Positions 61,019 through 64,000 of a stretch of DNA of 64,000 nt are shown here, one piece after another. Below the pieces are notes generated by a model, which saw only the letters and a program-made list of their open reading frames with translations, ran no database searches and was not told the origin of the DNA. Every line of letters starts with the position of its first letter. Positions within the stretch are counted from its first letter, which is position 1. This stretch comes from Hydrolagus colliei (lineage: Eukaryota). The position numbers and the translations under genes are program-made. The DNA is taken from contig CM068769.1 of the NCBI GenBank assembly GCA_035084275.1, positions 682,001 through 746,000 on the forward strand. Reading direction: 5' to 3'.

Positions 61019-63196
61019 CTGAAATACAGAAACACGCAGTCCTGTAGATCAAGCGTTCGCGCTCGCTTCGCAAGCGAGAAGACCTGGGTTCGATTCCCGG
61101 GCAGGACACAATAAATCTTCAGGCAAGTGTCCTAACAAGCATGCGTTTGTTTGCGTAGCATCAACTTGCAACCCAGTTGTTTGTCGATTGGCGGATTGGG
61201 TTTACCAAGGGTAATGATCCGTTTGAAAATACAGAAATTATTTAGTCATTCAATCAAAGACTGTTTGAGCGACACTTCTGTGAGATCATGGCATTCCCGT
61301 TTCTTCCACAGATTACATTACTCTTTACACAATATTATTTGAAGTGATTCTAATATCTCTAACCGATGCTTGACCCAATGCGTCGATTGTTAATGTTGTT
61401 ATGAACCCTTTGGCAAGTTTTCTTAATCCACACGCCTACTAATAATCCCTCAACTAATACCGTAATTAAATTGATCATTTCAATCCACGACTGTTTGTGG
61501 GACACTGCTTGCACAATTGGCTGCCGCGTTTCGCCCACATATATACAGGCAATTCACTTTGCAGTTTATTCTGCGAATCGCTTTGGGACGCTGATAAGAT
61601 GTGAAAAGCGATTCATCAAATGCAAGGATTAGTATTATTAATAGTATTATCATAATGCAGAGTATATATACACATAAACAAATCAACGGTTTTGAAAATT
61701 GATTAAAATGACCACTGTTACACCATATTACCTATAAAAATGGCAACCAGAGGCAGACGCCCATTGAATCTCCATATTGTCATCACTCACTGCAAAATTA
61801 CGATATTATGTGTGAAGGTATTGTTGTTGATCTGCGACATACAGCTCTGAGACAGGTGACTCTTGATGGCGATGACCTCACTTCCTAATCCTGTGTCGTG
61901 GACATCAACTGATCAGTGTGCTAGCGATGTCAATAAGTCACAGATCATCGTCTGGGTAAAGAGATAGGGGAGCGTATCTTAATTGAGTTAATTCAGTTTG
62001 GCGACAGACATAGCGGCGACACTTAATATTATTCATATGTCTGATATTTGATATTACTTCCTGTTTTAACGATGAGGCAACTTTAAGCGCTCCACACAAA
62101 ATACTGTCAGGTTTAATGACTTTAGAAATTATTTGTGTGTTGTCATATGTTATATTGAACGACTAACAGTTGAGGCACTTATGCTCGACGACATGTGGAC
62201 TGGATACCAATGGATCTGGGCTGGAATCAGAGCAAAAACCCGTAGAGTCGCGAAACGCGGCAGCCAAATTGCGCACAGTCGTGTCCCACAAACAGTCATG
62301 GCAGTGGGTTTAGGGCAAAATGGGGGCGAAAATGGCAAGGGGAGGGGTCGGGGTAGGGAGAATGAGAGCAAGACCCGAAATCCTGACTCGATTTTCTTTA
62401 CTCCATAGTTGATGCCTGGTCTGCTAATTGTTCCCAGCCATTTCTGTTTTTCTTTCAGATTTCCAGCCTCTGCAATATTTTGCGTGTTTATTCAGGCAGA
62501 ATCTATTGATGGAAGTTCAGCTAGTTGGTCTCACATATTGTGTAGCTATTACTGAATATAATCGGCTACGACTTAAGCGCTCGAGACACCGTCTGGCATG
62601 AAGGACGCTATGTAGATTCAAGTTGTTGTTGTTGATCTCTTCGTTCATGTCAATTGTGGTCAGCCTCAACTGGGATTTTGGACGTATGTGGAAACCCATG
62701 ACCTTGCTCAAGCATATCCAAACCAGATAGAGCATTCAATTTATACCATCATTACTGAAGGATTACTCGACAGTTATTAAGAGGCATGGGTTTGCCTCAG
62801 AGCAACGCAAATGTTGGACACGTTGATTTACTCCTCTGTTTTTGCCTCTGTTTAATCAGCAATAAAGTGCAACCATGTTGTTAGTCGATTGGCCGATCAC
62901 TAATTACGGATTCATAACCACTCAATATAGAACAATGATGGAAGCACTGAATCCATAATTGCTCATAGTACACTGCTATGCTCATTTGGCTGCTGCGTTT
63001 CGCTCAAAAAAGTTGCAGTCAATTCATATTATTGTGTATTCCGTGTTCCGTTTTGGTGGGTGCCGAAGACGTTATCAGTCGCTATTCGAAACACAAGCAA
63101 TATTATTGTTGTCATTAATTCTGCGAGACGTCTCAAACGACTTCGCAAAATACAATGTAATGCGCATCGACAATATCAGTTTTAAACCCTAGGTTA

Positions 63197-64000
63197 CTAA
63201 GTGAGGCACGGTAGCAAATAGCAGGGACTCTGGCCACGATCTTTCAATCTTCCTTGGACACAGGGGTCGTGCCAGATGCCAGCAGGATAGCTAATGTTAC
63301 TCCCTTGTACAAAATGGGGCAGAAGGACAAGCCAGATAACTACAGACCAGTCAGTCTAACGTCGGTAGTGGACAAACTTCCAGAGTCCATAATCAGGGAC
63401 AAGGTAGATCTTCACTCAGAAAGATATAGGCTAATAAAGGACAGTCAACATGGATTTGTTAAATGCAAATCTTGCCTTACAAATCTGATAGAATTTTTTG
63501 ATGAGGTAACGGAATGGGTCGATAATGGTGGCGCAGTTGATGTAGTTTACATGGACTTTCAAAAGGCATTTGACAAAGTGCCACATGAGACACTTATTAT
63601 GAAATTAAAGGCCTATGGCGTAAAAGGGACAGTGGCAGCGTGGATCAACAACTGGCTGCGAGACAGAAAGCAGAGAGTTGTAGTGAGCGGCTGTTTTTCA
63701 GATTGGAGGGAAGTGAGCAGTGGTGTGTCACAGGGATCAGTTTTGCGACCATTGCTGTTTGTAATCTGCATCAATGATCTGGACTTGGGTGTACGGAGTA
63801 CAGTTTCCAAGTTTGCAGATGACACTAAGTTAGGGAGAATAGTAAATAGTGAGGAGGATAGTAGCCATCTGCAAGAGGATATAGACAAATTGGTAAAGTG
63901 GGCAGACACATGGCAGATGAAGTTTAATGCAGAGAAGTGTGAGGTGATGCATTTTGGGAGAACAAATGAAGGGAGGCAATATATGCTAGATAGTACAATT
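63197..64000 (+). mobile_element. CR1 LINE RT region (runs off window end)
   Basis: DNYRPVSLTSVV...QHGFVK.KSCLTNLIEFF...YMDFQKAFDKVPH...FADDTKLG; closely similar to the 29833-33370 and 48925-53120 copies. Confidence 0.93.

Noticed and set aside
61039-61108. tRNA-Ala(CGC)-like cloverleaf
   Set aside because: Acceptor, anticodon and T stems pair, but the D stem does not and spacing at positions 8-10 is off; it matches the SINE head family.
60711-63200. V9 as a second supporting V
   Set aside because: It retains L-part2 residues (GLAQG), has no CDR1 Cys, and no NAR-type J is visible upstream before the terminal CR1.

Overview
Vertebrate genomic DNA from the V-gene region of a cartilaginous-fish (shark/ray/chimaera) T-cell receptor alpha/delta locus; the species cannot be determined from sequence alone. 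All immune segments lie on the minus strand, so D/J/C are off-window toward lower coordinates. I find nine conventional TCR V segments (V1-V9 in positional order). V1 is cut by the window edge, V2 and V7 are clear pseudogenes, and V9 has a doubtful leader. Most have a leader exon, intron, V exon and 23-RSS. The main finding is a complete germline NAR-TCR cassette at 42265-46436: an IgNAR-like V with its own leader and 22-RSS, one 12/12 D, a 23-RSS J with a DGSG motif, and a leaderless, cysteine-rich supporting TCR V that the J splices into in frame. This predicts a two-V-domain, doubly rearranged chain. NAR-TCR is a known class in sharks, but the D, J and splice junction do not appear in the ORF track and were read directly from the DNA. 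A two-exon GPR139-like GPCR gene sits inside the V array, inactivated by a nonsense codon and an L2 LINE insertion in TM7. The rest is an ~8.8 kb (AC)n-GACTGGG-(AG)n satellite, CR1 and L2 LINEs, many tRNA-headed L2-tailed SINEs and assembly gaps. Repeat boundaries are approximate; exon and RSS coordinates were counted by hand.
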